A stretch of DNA of 64,000 bases, from assembly GCA_002449785.1 (NCBI GenBank), contig DJXP01000019.1, forward strand, positions 7,287 to 71,286, read 5' to 3'. Of this stretch, positions 21,900 through 31,439 are shown one piece after another (positions within the stretch are counted from its first letter, which is position 1; each line of letters starts with the position of its first letter). The position numbers were made by a program, and so were the translations under genes. The notes under the pieces are model-generated. The model was not told the DNA's origin and searched no databases. It saw only the letters and a list, made by a program, of their open reading frames with translations. Source of the stretch: Clostridiales bacterium UBA7001. Its GTDB lineage: Bacteria; Bacillota; Clostridia; TANB77; CAG-508.

Positions 21900-22104
21900 A
21901 AATTTTTTTATAAAGTTAATTGAGTTTTATCAAAAAAATATTTCACCATTATTAGGCCATAGATGTAAATATTATCCTAGTTGCTCTGAATATACTAAAC
22001 AGGCAATAGAGAAATATGGCATTATAAAAGGAATAATTATTGGTGCTAAAAGAATTGTTAGATGCAATCCATTTTCTAAAGGTGGATTTGATCCATTGAA
22101 ATAG
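21889..22104 (+). CDS. yidD: membrane protein insertion efficiency factor
   Basis: CKYYPSCSEY...RCNPFSKGGFDP. Confidence 0.95.
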   Translation: MIVKNFFIKLIEFYQKNISPLLGHRCKYYPSCSEYTKQAIEKYGIIKGIIIGAKRIVRCNPFSKGGFDPLK

Positions 22105-22114
22105 AGGAGGGTAT

Positions 22115-23002
22115 ATGAAATTTTTTGCTAATTTATTTGGTTACTTATTAAATGCTATTTATGGTGTTGTAAATAATTATGGTATTGCTATTATTATATT
22201 TACACTTATACTTAAAGTTATTATGCTTCCTATATCAATAAAACAACAAAAAACTATGAAAAAAACAACTAAAATTCAAGCAGAAGCAAAAAAAATTCAA
22301 GAAAAATATAGTAATGATCAACTTCGTCAAAGTCAAGAATTAATGGATTTATATAAGAGAGAAAATATGAGTCCTTTTAGTGGATGTTTGAGTTCAATTG
22401 TTCAGTTTGTAATTGTTTTAGCTATGTTTTTCTTAGTTAGTAGACCATTAACATATATGAAACATATTGATACTAATTTAATTAATGATTATACAAACAA
22501 ATTATCAGAAAATTCTGAAGGGCAGTTAAGATATCCTGAAATTGCAATTATTAAAAATATGTCTGAAATAGATGAAAATGTTAGAATTAATATGAACTTT
22601 TTAGGATTGGATTTAAGTGATGTTCCATCACAGAATTATACTAATTGGAAAGTTTTTGTTATTCCTATTTTATATGTTATTACTTCAATTGTTTCTACAA
22701 AAATTACAACATCCTTAAGTAAAGTCAATAATAATTCAATTTCAGAAGAAAATGAAAATAAAAAAGTTGTTGAAGAAAATACAGAAAATAAAGAATTAGT
22801 TGTGAAAGAAGATAAAGAAGATAAAGAAGCTGATGCAATGGAAGAGATGAATAAACAAATGATGCTAATGATGCCGATTATGTCAGTTAGTATTGCTCTT
22901 ATTGCACCACTTGGCCTTGCTCTTTATTGGTTAGTTAGTAATTTATTAATGATTGCTGAAAGATTAATAATAAATAAATATTTTAAAAATGAGGAGGAAT
23001 AA
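22115..23002 (+). CDS. yidC: membrane protein insertase YidC/Oxa1
   Basis: YGIAIIIFT, PFSGCL, GLALYWLVSN; synteny. Confidence 0.95.
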   Translation: MKFFANLFGYLLNAIYGVVNNYGIAIIIFTLILKVIMLPISIKQQKTMKKTTKIQAEAKKIQEKYSNDQLRQSQELMDLYKRENMSPFSGCLSSIVQFVIVLAMFFLVSRPLTYMKHIDTNLINDYTNKLSENSEGQLRYPEIAIIKNMSEIDENVRINMNFLGLDLSDVPSQNYTNWKVFVIPILYVITSIVSTKITTSLSKVNNNSISEENENKKVVEENTENKELVVKEDKEDKEADAMEEMNKQMMLMMPIMSVSIALIAPLGLALYWLVSNLLMIAERLIINKYFKNEEE

Positions 23003-23005
23003 TAA

Positions 23006-23722
23006 ATGGATAGTAAGGTGTATGTGTTTGAAGGAAAAACATCAACTGAAGCTATTGAAAAAGGGTTAAAAGAACTAAAGGTTTCAAAAAATAAAGTAGA
23101 TATTAAAATATTAGAATCAGAAGACAAAAGAAGTTTTTTTAGTATATTAACGCCTAGAGTTGTAAAAGTTGAAATGACATTAAAAGATGATATTGATAAT
23201 AAACCAAAAAATAATGATAATAATAAAAGTTTTAATACAAAAAACAATGATGAAAAAAATATTGATTTAAAAAAATATATAAGTTTAATAGATAATTTTT
23301 TAAAGGAGTTTATTTCAAAACTTCCTACAAAGGATTTAAAATATGAAATAAATGAAAATGGCAATAATATTAGTGTTGTAATAAATGGAGAAGATACTGG
23401 ATATTTAATTGGATACAGAGGAGAAGTTCTTAATGCTATACAAAATATACTTACCAATATTGTTTCAAAGAATAGCAAAGAAAGAATAAGAGTAATTGTT
23501 AATATAGGTGGCTATAGAGAAAAAAGAGAAAAAGATTTACAAAATTTGGCAGTTAAAATATCTAATACTGTTATTAAAACAAAAAGAGATATTACATTAG
23601 AACCGATGCCAGCATATGAAAGAAAGATTATTCACACTAAATTACAAGATAATAATAAAGTAAAAACATATAGTATTGGTGAAGAACCAAATAGAAAAAT
23701 AGTTGTTTCGTATAATAAATAA
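23006..23722 (+). CDS. jag: Jag/EloR/KhpB RNA-binding protein
   Basis: Jag_N, KH (LIGYRGEVLNAIQ) and R3H (ERKIIH) domains. Confidence 0.93.
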   Translation: MDSKVYVFEGKTSTEAIEKGLKELKVSKNKVDIKILESEDKRSFFSILTPRVVKVEMTLKDDIDNKPKNNDNNKSFNTKNNDEKNIDLKKYISLIDNFLKEFISKLPTKDLKYEINENGNNISVVINGEDTGYLIGYRGEVLNAIQNILTNIVSKNSKERIRVIVNIGGYREKREKDLQNLAVKISNTVIKTKRDITLEPMPAYERKIIHTKLQDNNKVKTYSIGEEPNRKIVVSYNK

Positions 23723-23829
23723 AAATGGACGTGCATAGTCCATTTTTTTTGTAATAGAATCGGTGTCTTGCAAAATTATGTAGACTGTGTTATAATAATT
23801 ACCAGTTTATTTAAAAGGAGAAACTTTAA

Positions 23830-25191
23830 ATGAGTAATACTATTGTTGCTATTTCAACTGCACCAGGAGTTGGTGGAATAGGTATAATTAGAATGAGTGG
23901 CGATTCTTGTTTTGAAATATTGAAAAAGATTTTTAAACCAATTAATAGTTCTAATCGTATTAAAGGTTATACAATTAAATATGGCAATATAGTAGAAGAA
24001 AATAAAATTGTTGACGAAGCATTAGTATCATATTTTAAAGCTCCAAAGAGTTATACTAAAGAAAATATGTGTGAGATTAATTCTCATGGTGGAATTGTTA
24101 TTATGAATAAAATATTAGATTTATGTATAAAAAATGGAGCTATAATTGCTGAACCAGGAGAATTTACAAAAAGAGCGTTTTTAAATGGAAGAATTGATTT
24201 GTCTCAAGCTGAAGCTGTAATAGATATTATTAACTCTAAAACTGAAAAAGAAGCTAAAGTATCAATTGACCAATTAGAAGGAAATCTTTCAAATAAAATT
24301 AAAGAAATTAGAAAAATTGTAATATCAATTATGGCTGATATAGAAGCTACAATTGATTATCCTGAATACGATATTGAAGAAGTTACTAATAATAGAATTC
24401 TTGATACTTTAAATGAAGTTGATAAAATATTAGACTCTTTAGAAAAAAGCTTCTATAGTGGAAAAATTTTAAGAGAAGGTATTACCGTTGCAATAGTTGG
24501 AAGACCTAATAGTGGAAAATCTTCATTACTTAATTTGATTCTTAATGAAGAAAGAGCGATTGTTACAGATATTGAAGGAACAACAAGAGATACTATTGAA
24601 GAATTTATTTCTATTGATGGAGTACCTTTAAAAATAATTGATACAGCAGGTATAAGGGAAACTAAAGACAGGGTAGAGGAGATTGGTGTTGAAAAAGCAC
24701 TTGAAATTGCTAAAAAAAGTGATATTGTTATAGCAATTTTTGATAGAAGTAGAGAATTAAGTGAAGAAGATGATAAAATACTTCAAATAATCGAAAATAA
24801 AAATTCAATTATTTTATTAAATAAAAGTGATTTAGATAGAAAAATTGATATTTCTAGATTTAATAATATTAATAAAAAAGTTATTGAAATATCAACAAAA
24901 ACACAAGAGGGAATAGACGAATTATATAAAACTATTTCAGAAATGTTTAAATTGAAAGATATTGTTAGCAATGGTGAAATAATTGTAAGTAATAATAGAC
25001 ATAAAAGCATAATAATTAATTCAAGAAATAATTTAAACAAAGCAAAAGAAACCATATATAAAAACATGCCTATTGATATTATTTCAACATATTTAAAAGA
25101 AATAATAGAAGAATTAGGAAAAATTACGGGTGAGTCTGTTACAGATGATGTTATTTCTGAAATTTTTTCAAAATTTTGCCTAGGAAAATGA
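23830..25191 (+). CDS. mnmE: tRNA modification GTPase
   Basis: GEFTKRAFLNGR, GRPNSGKSS, GTTRD, DTAG, C-terminal FCLGK. Confidence 0.98.
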   Translation: MSNTIVAISTAPGVGGIGIIRMSGDSCFEILKKIFKPINSSNRIKGYTIKYGNIVEENKIVDEALVSYFKAPKSYTKENMCEINSHGGIVIMNKILDLCIKNGAIIAEPGEFTKRAFLNGRIDLSQAEAVIDIINSKTEKEAKVSIDQLEGNLSNKIKEIRKIVISIMADIEATIDYPEYDIEEVTNNRILDTLNEVDKILDSLEKSFYSGKILREGITVAIVGRPNSGKSSLLNLILNEERAIVTDIEGTTRDTIEEFISIDGVPLKIIDTAGIRETKDRVEEIGVEKALEIAKKSDIVIAIFDRSRELSEEDDKILQIIENKNSIILLNKSDLDRKIDISRFNNINKKVIEISTKTQEGIDELYKTISEMFKLKDIVSNGEIIVSNNRHKSIIINSRNNLNKAKETIYKNMPIDIISTYLKEIIEELGKITGESVTDDVISEIFSKFCLGK

Positions 25192-25300
25192 TATAAGAGC
25201 TAAGATATTAAGACTTAAAAGTGAAACACGTGTTTTTGTTTCACAAAAAACAGTAAAAATAAAGTGTTAATTATTGTAAAATAGTAAAGAGGTTAAGAAT

Positions 25301-27178
25301 ATGAGTTACAATGCAGGTAAATATGATGTTGCAGTTATAGGAGCAGGACATGCAGGATGCGAAGCTGCTCTTGCTTGTAGTAGGCTAGGAATGAAAACAT
25401 TACTCTTTTCAATTAGTTTGGAATGTATAGCAAATATGCCATGTAATCCACATATAGGTGGAACATCAAAAGGACATTTGGTTAGAGAAATAGATAGCCT
25501 TGGTGGAGAAATGGGAAAAAATATCGATAAAACTATGATTCAGCTAAGAATGCTTAATACTTCAAAAGGACCAGCAGTACATTCATTAAGAGCACAAGCA
25601 GATAGAAAAAGATATCAAATGGAGATGAAGCATACATTAGAAAAACAAAAAAATCTATATATAAAACAAGCTGAAATTGTAGATATTGGTGTTAAAGACG
25701 GGAAAATTGTTAGTGTTGAGACAAATTTAGGAGCAATTTATAATGTAGAGTGTGTAATACTTGCAACAGGAACATATTTAAAAGGAAAAATACATATAGG
25801 TGAAGTGTCTTATGAAAGTGGACCTGATGGAGTAGCCGCTGCAAATAAATTGTCAGATTGTTTAAAAAAGTTGAACATCGAAATACAAAGATTTAAAACA
25901 GGAACGCCAGCTAGAATTAACAAAAATAGTATAGATTTTTCAAAAATGGAAATTCAGGAAGGAGAAAACGGATTAACACCATTTTCTTTTGAAGATGAAT
26001 CTCCTAAAATAGAACAAGTGCCATGTTGGTTAACATATACAAATGAAAAAACACATGAAATAATAAGAAAAAATCTGCATAGATCTCCACTATATGCTGG
26101 AAAAATAGAAGGTACCGGACCGAGATATTGTCCATCAATAGAAGATAAAGTGGTAAGGTTTGCAGATAAAGAAAGACATCAAATATTTGTTGAACCAATT
26201 GGTTTAGATACTGACGAAATGTACATTCAAGGAATGAGCTCATCACTTCCAGAAGATGTTCAAATAGAAATGTATAGAACTTTACCAGGATTAGAAAATG
26301 CGGAATTTACAAGACCAGCATATGCAATTGAATATGATTCCATAGAACCATCACAGTTAAAAAGCTCATTGGAATTAAAAAAAATTAGTGGCATGTTTTT
26401 CGCAGGACAAATAAATGGAACGTCTGGATATGAAGAAGCAGCGTGCCAAGGACTTATTGCTGGTATAAATGCCACACAAAAAATTAAGGGAAAAGAACCA
26501 TTAATATTAGATAGATCAGATGCGTATATTGGAGTTTTAATAGATGATATAGTAACTAAAAGTACAATGGAGCCATATAGAATGATGACATCAAGAGCAG
26601 AATATAGACTACTATTGCGTCAGGATAATGCTGATTTAAGATTAACAGAAATTGGACATAAAATAGGTTTAATATCAGAAGAAAGATATCAAAAGTTTTT
26701 ATTAAAAAAGGCACAGATTGAAAAAGAAATTGAAAGGCTAAAAAGTACAAATATAAAACCTTCAAAAGAGGTAAATGAATTTTTGGCTGAAAAAGGTACA
26801 ACTGAAATATCAACAGGAATAAAATTATCAGAACTATTAAAAAGAACGGAATTAACATATAAATCATTAGAAAAAATAGATAAAAATAGACCTGAACTTG
26901 ACAGGCAAGTAACAGAAGAAGTTGAAATTATGGTTAAGTATGAAGGCTATATAAATATGCAAAAGAAACAAGTTGAAAGTTTTAAGAAAATGGAAAAAAA
27001 ATTATTACCTGAAAATCTAGATTATAATACGATTAAAGGAATTAGATTAGAAGCAAGACAAAAATTAAATAAATATAAGCCATATTCAATTGGACAAGCA
27101 TCTAGAATTTCTGGTATTTCACCTGCAGATATTTCTGTATTATTAATATATTTAGAGCAAAATAAAAAAGGAAAATAA
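25301..27178 (+). CDS. mnmG: tRNA uridine 5-carboxymethylaminomethyl modification enzyme
   Basis: [37 protein letters not shown]. Confidence 0.98.
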   Translation: MSYNAGKYDVAVIGAGHAGCEAALACSRLGMKTLLFSISLECIANMPCNPHIGGTSKGHLVREIDSLGGEMGKNIDKTMIQLRMLNTSKGPAVHSLRAQADRKRYQMEMKHTLEKQKNLYIKQAEIVDIGVKDGKIVSVETNLGAIYNVECVILATGTYLKGKIHIGEVSYESGPDGVAAANKLSDCLKKLNIEIQRFKTGTPARINKNSIDFSKMEIQEGENGLTPFSFEDESPKIEQVPCWLTYTNEKTHEIIRKNLHRSPLYAGKIEGTGPRYCPSIEDKVVRFADKERHQIFVEPIGLDTDEMYIQGMSSSLPEDVQIEMYRTLPGLENAEFTRPAYAIEYDSIEPSQLKSSLELKKISGMFFAGQINGTSGYEEAACQGLIAGINATQKIKGKEPLILDRSDAYIGVLIDDIVTKSTMEPYRMMTSRAEYRLLLRQDNADLRLTEIGHKIGLISEERYQKFLLKKAQIEKEIERLKSTNIKPSKEVNEFLAEKGTTEISTGIKLSELLKRTELTYKSLEKIDKNRPELDRQVTEEVEIMVKYEGYINMQKKQVESFKKMEKKLLPENLDYNTIKGIRLEARQKLNKYKPYSIGQASRISGISPADISVLLIYLEQNKKGK

Positions 27179-27898
27179 ATGAAAATAGAAGAATTTATAA
27201 ATGTATTTGATAAGTATAAATCAATTTTAAATATTAATATATCAGATGAGCAATATAATGAATTATATTATTATATGAATAATATAATTAAATGGAATGA
27301 GAAAGTAAATGTTACAGCAATAACAGATGAAAAAGAATTTATAGAAAAACATTTAGTTGATTCAATAACTGTTAATAAATATTTAAAAAATAGTAATAGT
27401 ATTATAGATATTGGAACTGGTGCAGGATTTCCAGGTATTCCATTGAAAATTATGAACAAAGAAAAGAAATTTACATTAGTAGATTCAGTAGGAAAAAAAT
27501 TAAAAGTTATAGAAAACATAAATGAGAATATGAATCTATATAATTTAGAAATAATTCATGCTAGAGCAGAAGAACTAGCTAATAACATTAAATATAGAGA
27601 AAAGTATGATGTTTCTGTTACTAGAGCTGTTTCTAATATTACAACACTAATGGAATATATGCTTCCATTTATAAAAGTAGATGGAATTGCTATATGTATG
27701 AAAGGTCCAAATTATGAAAGCGAGCTTAATGAAGCAAAAAAAGCAATTGAAATATTGGGAGGGAAATTAATAAAAATTGATAAAATTAAAATTAACGAAA
27801 ACATTAATAGAAATATAATAATTATAAAAAAAGTAAAGAATACACCGGCAAAGTTTCCACGAAAACAGGGAAAACCATTAAAAGAACCAATTAAATAA
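27179..27898 (+). CDS. rsmG: 16S rRNA m7G527 methyltransferase
   Basis: KHLVDS, DIGTGAGFPGIPL, RAV; follows mnmG. Confidence 0.96.
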   Translation: MKIEEFINVFDKYKSILNINISDEQYNELYYYMNNIIKWNEKVNVTAITDEKEFIEKHLVDSITVNKYLKNSNSIIDIGTGAGFPGIPLKIMNKEKKFTLVDSVGKKLKVIENINENMNLYNLEIIHARAEELANNIKYREKYDVSVTRAVSNITTLMEYMLPFIKVDGIAICMKGPNYESELNEAKKAIEILGGKLIKIDKIKINENINRNIIIIKKVKNTPAKFPRKQGKPLKEPIK

Positions 27899-28053
27899 TT
27901 ATAAATTAAATAAAATGTATAAATAAATGAAATTTTAGAAAACAACTAAGATTACAAATATTTATGCGTTTTTTTTATAAAAATAAATGTAAAATTAATT
28001 GACAGATATTAAAAAATCTTATATTATTATGTAGTAAAAAAGGAGGAATAACA

Positions 28054-28857
28054 TTGGGAAGAATAATTGCAATTGCTAATCAAAAAGGTGGAGTAGGAAA
28101 AACAACAACAGCAGTTAATGTAAGCACTATTTTAGCCAAAAAGGGAAAAAAAGTAATGCTAATTGACGCCGATCCACAAGGAAATGCTTCTAGTGGTTTA
28201 GGAATAGAAAAAGAAGTATCAACATCATTATATGATGTGTTAATAAACGATGTTGACATAAAAGATGTTTTGTTAAGAACATCAATAAAATCACTAAGAC
28301 TATGTCCATCTAGTATGAATCTTGCAGGAGCAGAAGTAGAGCTTGTTTCACAGATGTCTAGAGAGCAAAGATTAAAAGAAAAATTGGATTTAATAAAAGA
28401 TGAATTTGATTTTGTAATTATTGACTGTCCTCCATCATTAGGTTTGATTACCTTAAATGCATTTACAGCTGCTAATTCTGTATTAATACCTGTACAATGT
28501 GAATATTATGCGTTAGAAGGATTAGGACAATTATTAAATACTATTAATTTGGTAAAAAAGCACCTAAATAAGGAACTAGAAGTAGAAGGTGCTGTTTTAA
28601 CGATGTATGATATGAGAACAAATTTGTCAAACCAAGTTGTAAAAGAAGTTAAAAGGTATTTTGGAGATAAAGTATACAAAACCGTAATACCTAGAAATAT
28701 AAAATTAAGTGAAGCTCCGAGCTATGGTATGCCAATTACGCTATATGATGGAAAATCTAAAGGGGCGAGAGCTTATGAAAAACTAGCAAAAGAAATACTA
28801 AAAAATGAAGAAACAAGAAAAATTATGTTAAGCAAGGAGGAAAACAATGGCAATTAA
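28054..28857 (+). CDS. parA: chromosome partitioning ATPase Soj/ParA
   Basis: NQKGGVGKTTT, DADPQGN, IDCPPSLG; TTG start. Confidence 0.97.
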   Translation: MGRIIAIANQKGGVGKTTTAVNVSTILAKKGKKVMLIDADPQGNASSGLGIEKEVSTSLYDVLINDVDIKDVLLRTSIKSLRLCPSSMNLAGAEVELVSQMSREQRLKEKLDLIKDEFDFVIIDCPPSLGLITLNAFTAANSVLIPVQCEYYALEGLGQLLNTINLVKKHLNKELEVEGAVLTMYDMRTNLSNQVVKEVKRYFGDKVYKTVIPRNIKLSEAPSYGMPITLYDGKSKGARAYEKLAKEILKNEETRKIMLSKEENNGN

Positions 28858-29692
28858 AAAAACAGGGTTAGGAAAAGGATTAGATGCATTATTTAGTACA
28901 CCACTTGTATCTGAAGAGAATGAAGAAGGAAAAATAGTAAAACAAATTAAGCTAAATGAAATAGAGCCAAACAAGGCTCAAGCTAGAAAAAAATTTGATG
29001 AAGAAAGTATTGAAGATTTAGCTAATTCTATTAAAGAATATGGTGTAATTCAACCAATTATAGTTAGCAAAAAAGATAACTATTATGAAATAGTTGCAGG
29101 TGAAAGAAGATGGAGAGCTTCAAAAAAAGCTGGTTTAGACACTATTCCTGCGATAATAAGAGATGACAATGAACAAAAAAATAAAGAAATATCATTAATA
29201 GAGAATATACAAAGAGAAGACTTAAATCCAATAGAAAAAGCCAGAGGAATAAGACAATTAATGGATGAGTATAATTTAACACAAGAAAAAGTTGCTGAAA
29301 AGCTTGGAAAGAGCAGAAGTGCAATAGCAAATACAGTAAGAATATTAAATTTAGATGAAAGAGTAATAAATTTAGCATTAGAGGGAAAAATATCAGAAGG
29401 ACATTGTAAATCATTGATGGCAATAGATGATCCTGAAAAACAGTACAAAATGGCTTTATATATAATTGAATCAGGAGACTCAGTAAGAGAATTAGAAAAG
29501 AAAGTAAAAATAAGAAAAAAGACTAATGCAAAAAGTGACAAATATTTGCCTATATATAGAGATATAGAAAATACATTTCAAGAGTTTTTTGGAACAAAAG
29601 TTAAATTAGATGCAGGTGAGAAAAAAGGAAAAATTATAATTCAATATAGTTCAAATGATGATTTAGAAAGAATATTAAGTTTGTTAAATTAG
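28847..29692 (+). CDS. parB: chromosome partitioning protein Spo0J/ParB
   Basis: GLGKGLDAL, AGERRWRA, ENIQREDL, HTH GKSRSAIAN. Confidence 0.97.
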   Translation: MAIKKTGLGKGLDALFSTPLVSEENEEGKIVKQIKLNEIEPNKAQARKKFDEESIEDLANSIKEYGVIQPIIVSKKDNYYEIVAGERRWRASKKAGLDTIPAIIRDDNEQKNKEISLIENIQREDLNPIEKARGIRQLMDEYNLTQEKVAEKLGKSRSAIANTVRILNLDERVINLALEGKISEGHCKSLMAIDDPEKQYKMALYIIESGDSVRELEKKVKIRKKTNAKSDKYLPIYRDIENTFQEFFGTKVKLDAGEKKGKIIIQYSSNDDLERILSLLN

Positions 29693-29703
29693 GATGTGAA
29701 AAA

Positions 29704-30234
29704 ATGGATTATTTAGTAGAATATATCAAAACAGATAATGGCATAACAGTACTGGTTGTGCTGAATATTGTTTTATTATTAACAACAATAATTAATATTA
29801 TAATGATATTAAAAGCAAATAGTAAGTATATAAAATTTATGAATAAAATAGGCAATGGAAATAATCTTGATGAAATGCTAAGAAAATATTTAGATGATGT
29901 AAAAGAAATTAAAAAAGACAATTCAGAAATTAAGGCATATTATACAAAGCTTGATAGTGATATAGATTCATGTATACAAAAAATAGGATTAGTAAGATAT
30001 AATGCATTTAAAGATGTTGGAAGTGATTTAAGTTTTGCAATAGCATTACTTGATAAAAATGATAATGGTGTAGTATTAAATGGATTATATGGATCAGAAT
30101 CATCAAATATTTATGCCAAACCAATTAAAAGTGGAAAATCAAAATATCAATTATCTGATGAGGAAAAGTCTGCATTAGAAATTGCTGAACAAAGTAAAAG
30201 ATTTATAACTAAACAAAAATATAATTTTAAGTAG
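29704..30234 (+). CDS. DUF4446-like membrane-anchored protein
   Basis: KIGLVRYNAFKDVGSDLSFAIALLD; typical position after parB in Clostridia. Confidence 0.8.
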   Translation: MDYLVEYIKTDNGITVLVVLNIVLLLTTIINIIMILKANSKYIKFMNKIGNGNNLDEMLRKYLDDVKEIKKDNSEIKAYYTKLDSDIDSCIQKIGLVRYNAFKDVGSDLSFAIALLDKNDNGVVLNGLYGSESSNIYAKPIKSGKSKYQLSDEEKSALEIAEQSKRFITKQKYNFK

Positions 30235-31190
30235 ATTAAGAGAGAAAAAAGCTCTCTTTTTTTTTAATCCACAAATAAAAATTGCAAAAAACTAAATTGT
30301 GGAAAAAAAAATCAAAATTTATAAATAAACTAATGTAAAAATAAAAAAATAAAAATGACTAAAATAAAGGGATTTAGTTAAGTAGGTTAAAAGTTTATAT
30401 TTATTATTAAATAATTAAAAATATCAAAAGAGAAGACAAATAATTTATAAGTTGTAAAATGCAGTAAAATAGCATGTTTTGAATTGTGGATAAATAAACA
30501 AAGCACTTATTTGAAAAAATAAAAATAAAAATAATAAAATAAAAAAATATAAACAAAAAATAATAATAATTATAACAACTTTTTTGAAATACAAAAAAAA
30601 GTTAAAAAAATAATGAAAAAAGTAACCCTAAAAGACAAAAAATAAAACGAAAATTAATTTGAGATTAGGAGAGTATAAGAATAATAATCTTTTTTATATA
30701 AAAATAGTTTAAATATTTATTACTTACAATAGCAAAAGAATAGAAATTAAAATAAATTTTAATATTTTAATTAAATAAAAAAATATAATAAAAAAAATTA
30801 TTAATCATTAAAATATAAAATAATAAATAAAAAAATAAAAATTATAATTTTTAAAAATAAAAAATAGTGACAGAAAATTTAATAATAAAAAAATAAAAAA
30901 ATTTATAATTAAAATAAAAAAGAATAAAATTAAAATTAAGTTGATAAAAATAATAAGTTAAAAAATATGATTAAAATTAGTAAAAAATATTAAAAAAATT
31001 TAATAAAAATAGAAGATAATAAAATAATGAATTTTTAAAATACTGTTTTTTAGTAAATTACAAGGAATATAAATTTAAAAAATTTGAAAAAAATTAATAA
31101 AAATTTTCTTAAATTTTTTAAAAAAATTAAAAATATAATTGACAAACCTATAATGAATATGCTAATATATATTTGTTGTAAGAAAAATAT

Positions 31191-31282
<92 letters not shown>

Positions 31283-31348
31283 AAACAATTATTTATGGAA
31301 GTAAAGCTTCCTTTTTTAATACTAAATATTAAATTAACCATTAGACAT

Positions 31349-31439
31349 GTAGGTGTACCCAAGTGGCTGAAGGGGACGGTTTGCTAAACCGTTAGTGTTC
31401 GTAAGGGCAGCGAGGGTTCAAATCCCTCCACCTACGCCA
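31349..31439 (+). tRNA. tRNA-Ser(GCT)
   Basis: GTAGGTG...ACGGT TT GCT AA ACCGT...variable arm...GGTTCAAATCC...CACCTAC GCCA. Confidence 0.93.

Noticed and set aside
27852..27867. parS-like AGTTTCCACGAAAACA in the rsmG 3' end
   Set aside because: Poor palindrome and explained by the coding sequence KFPRKQ.
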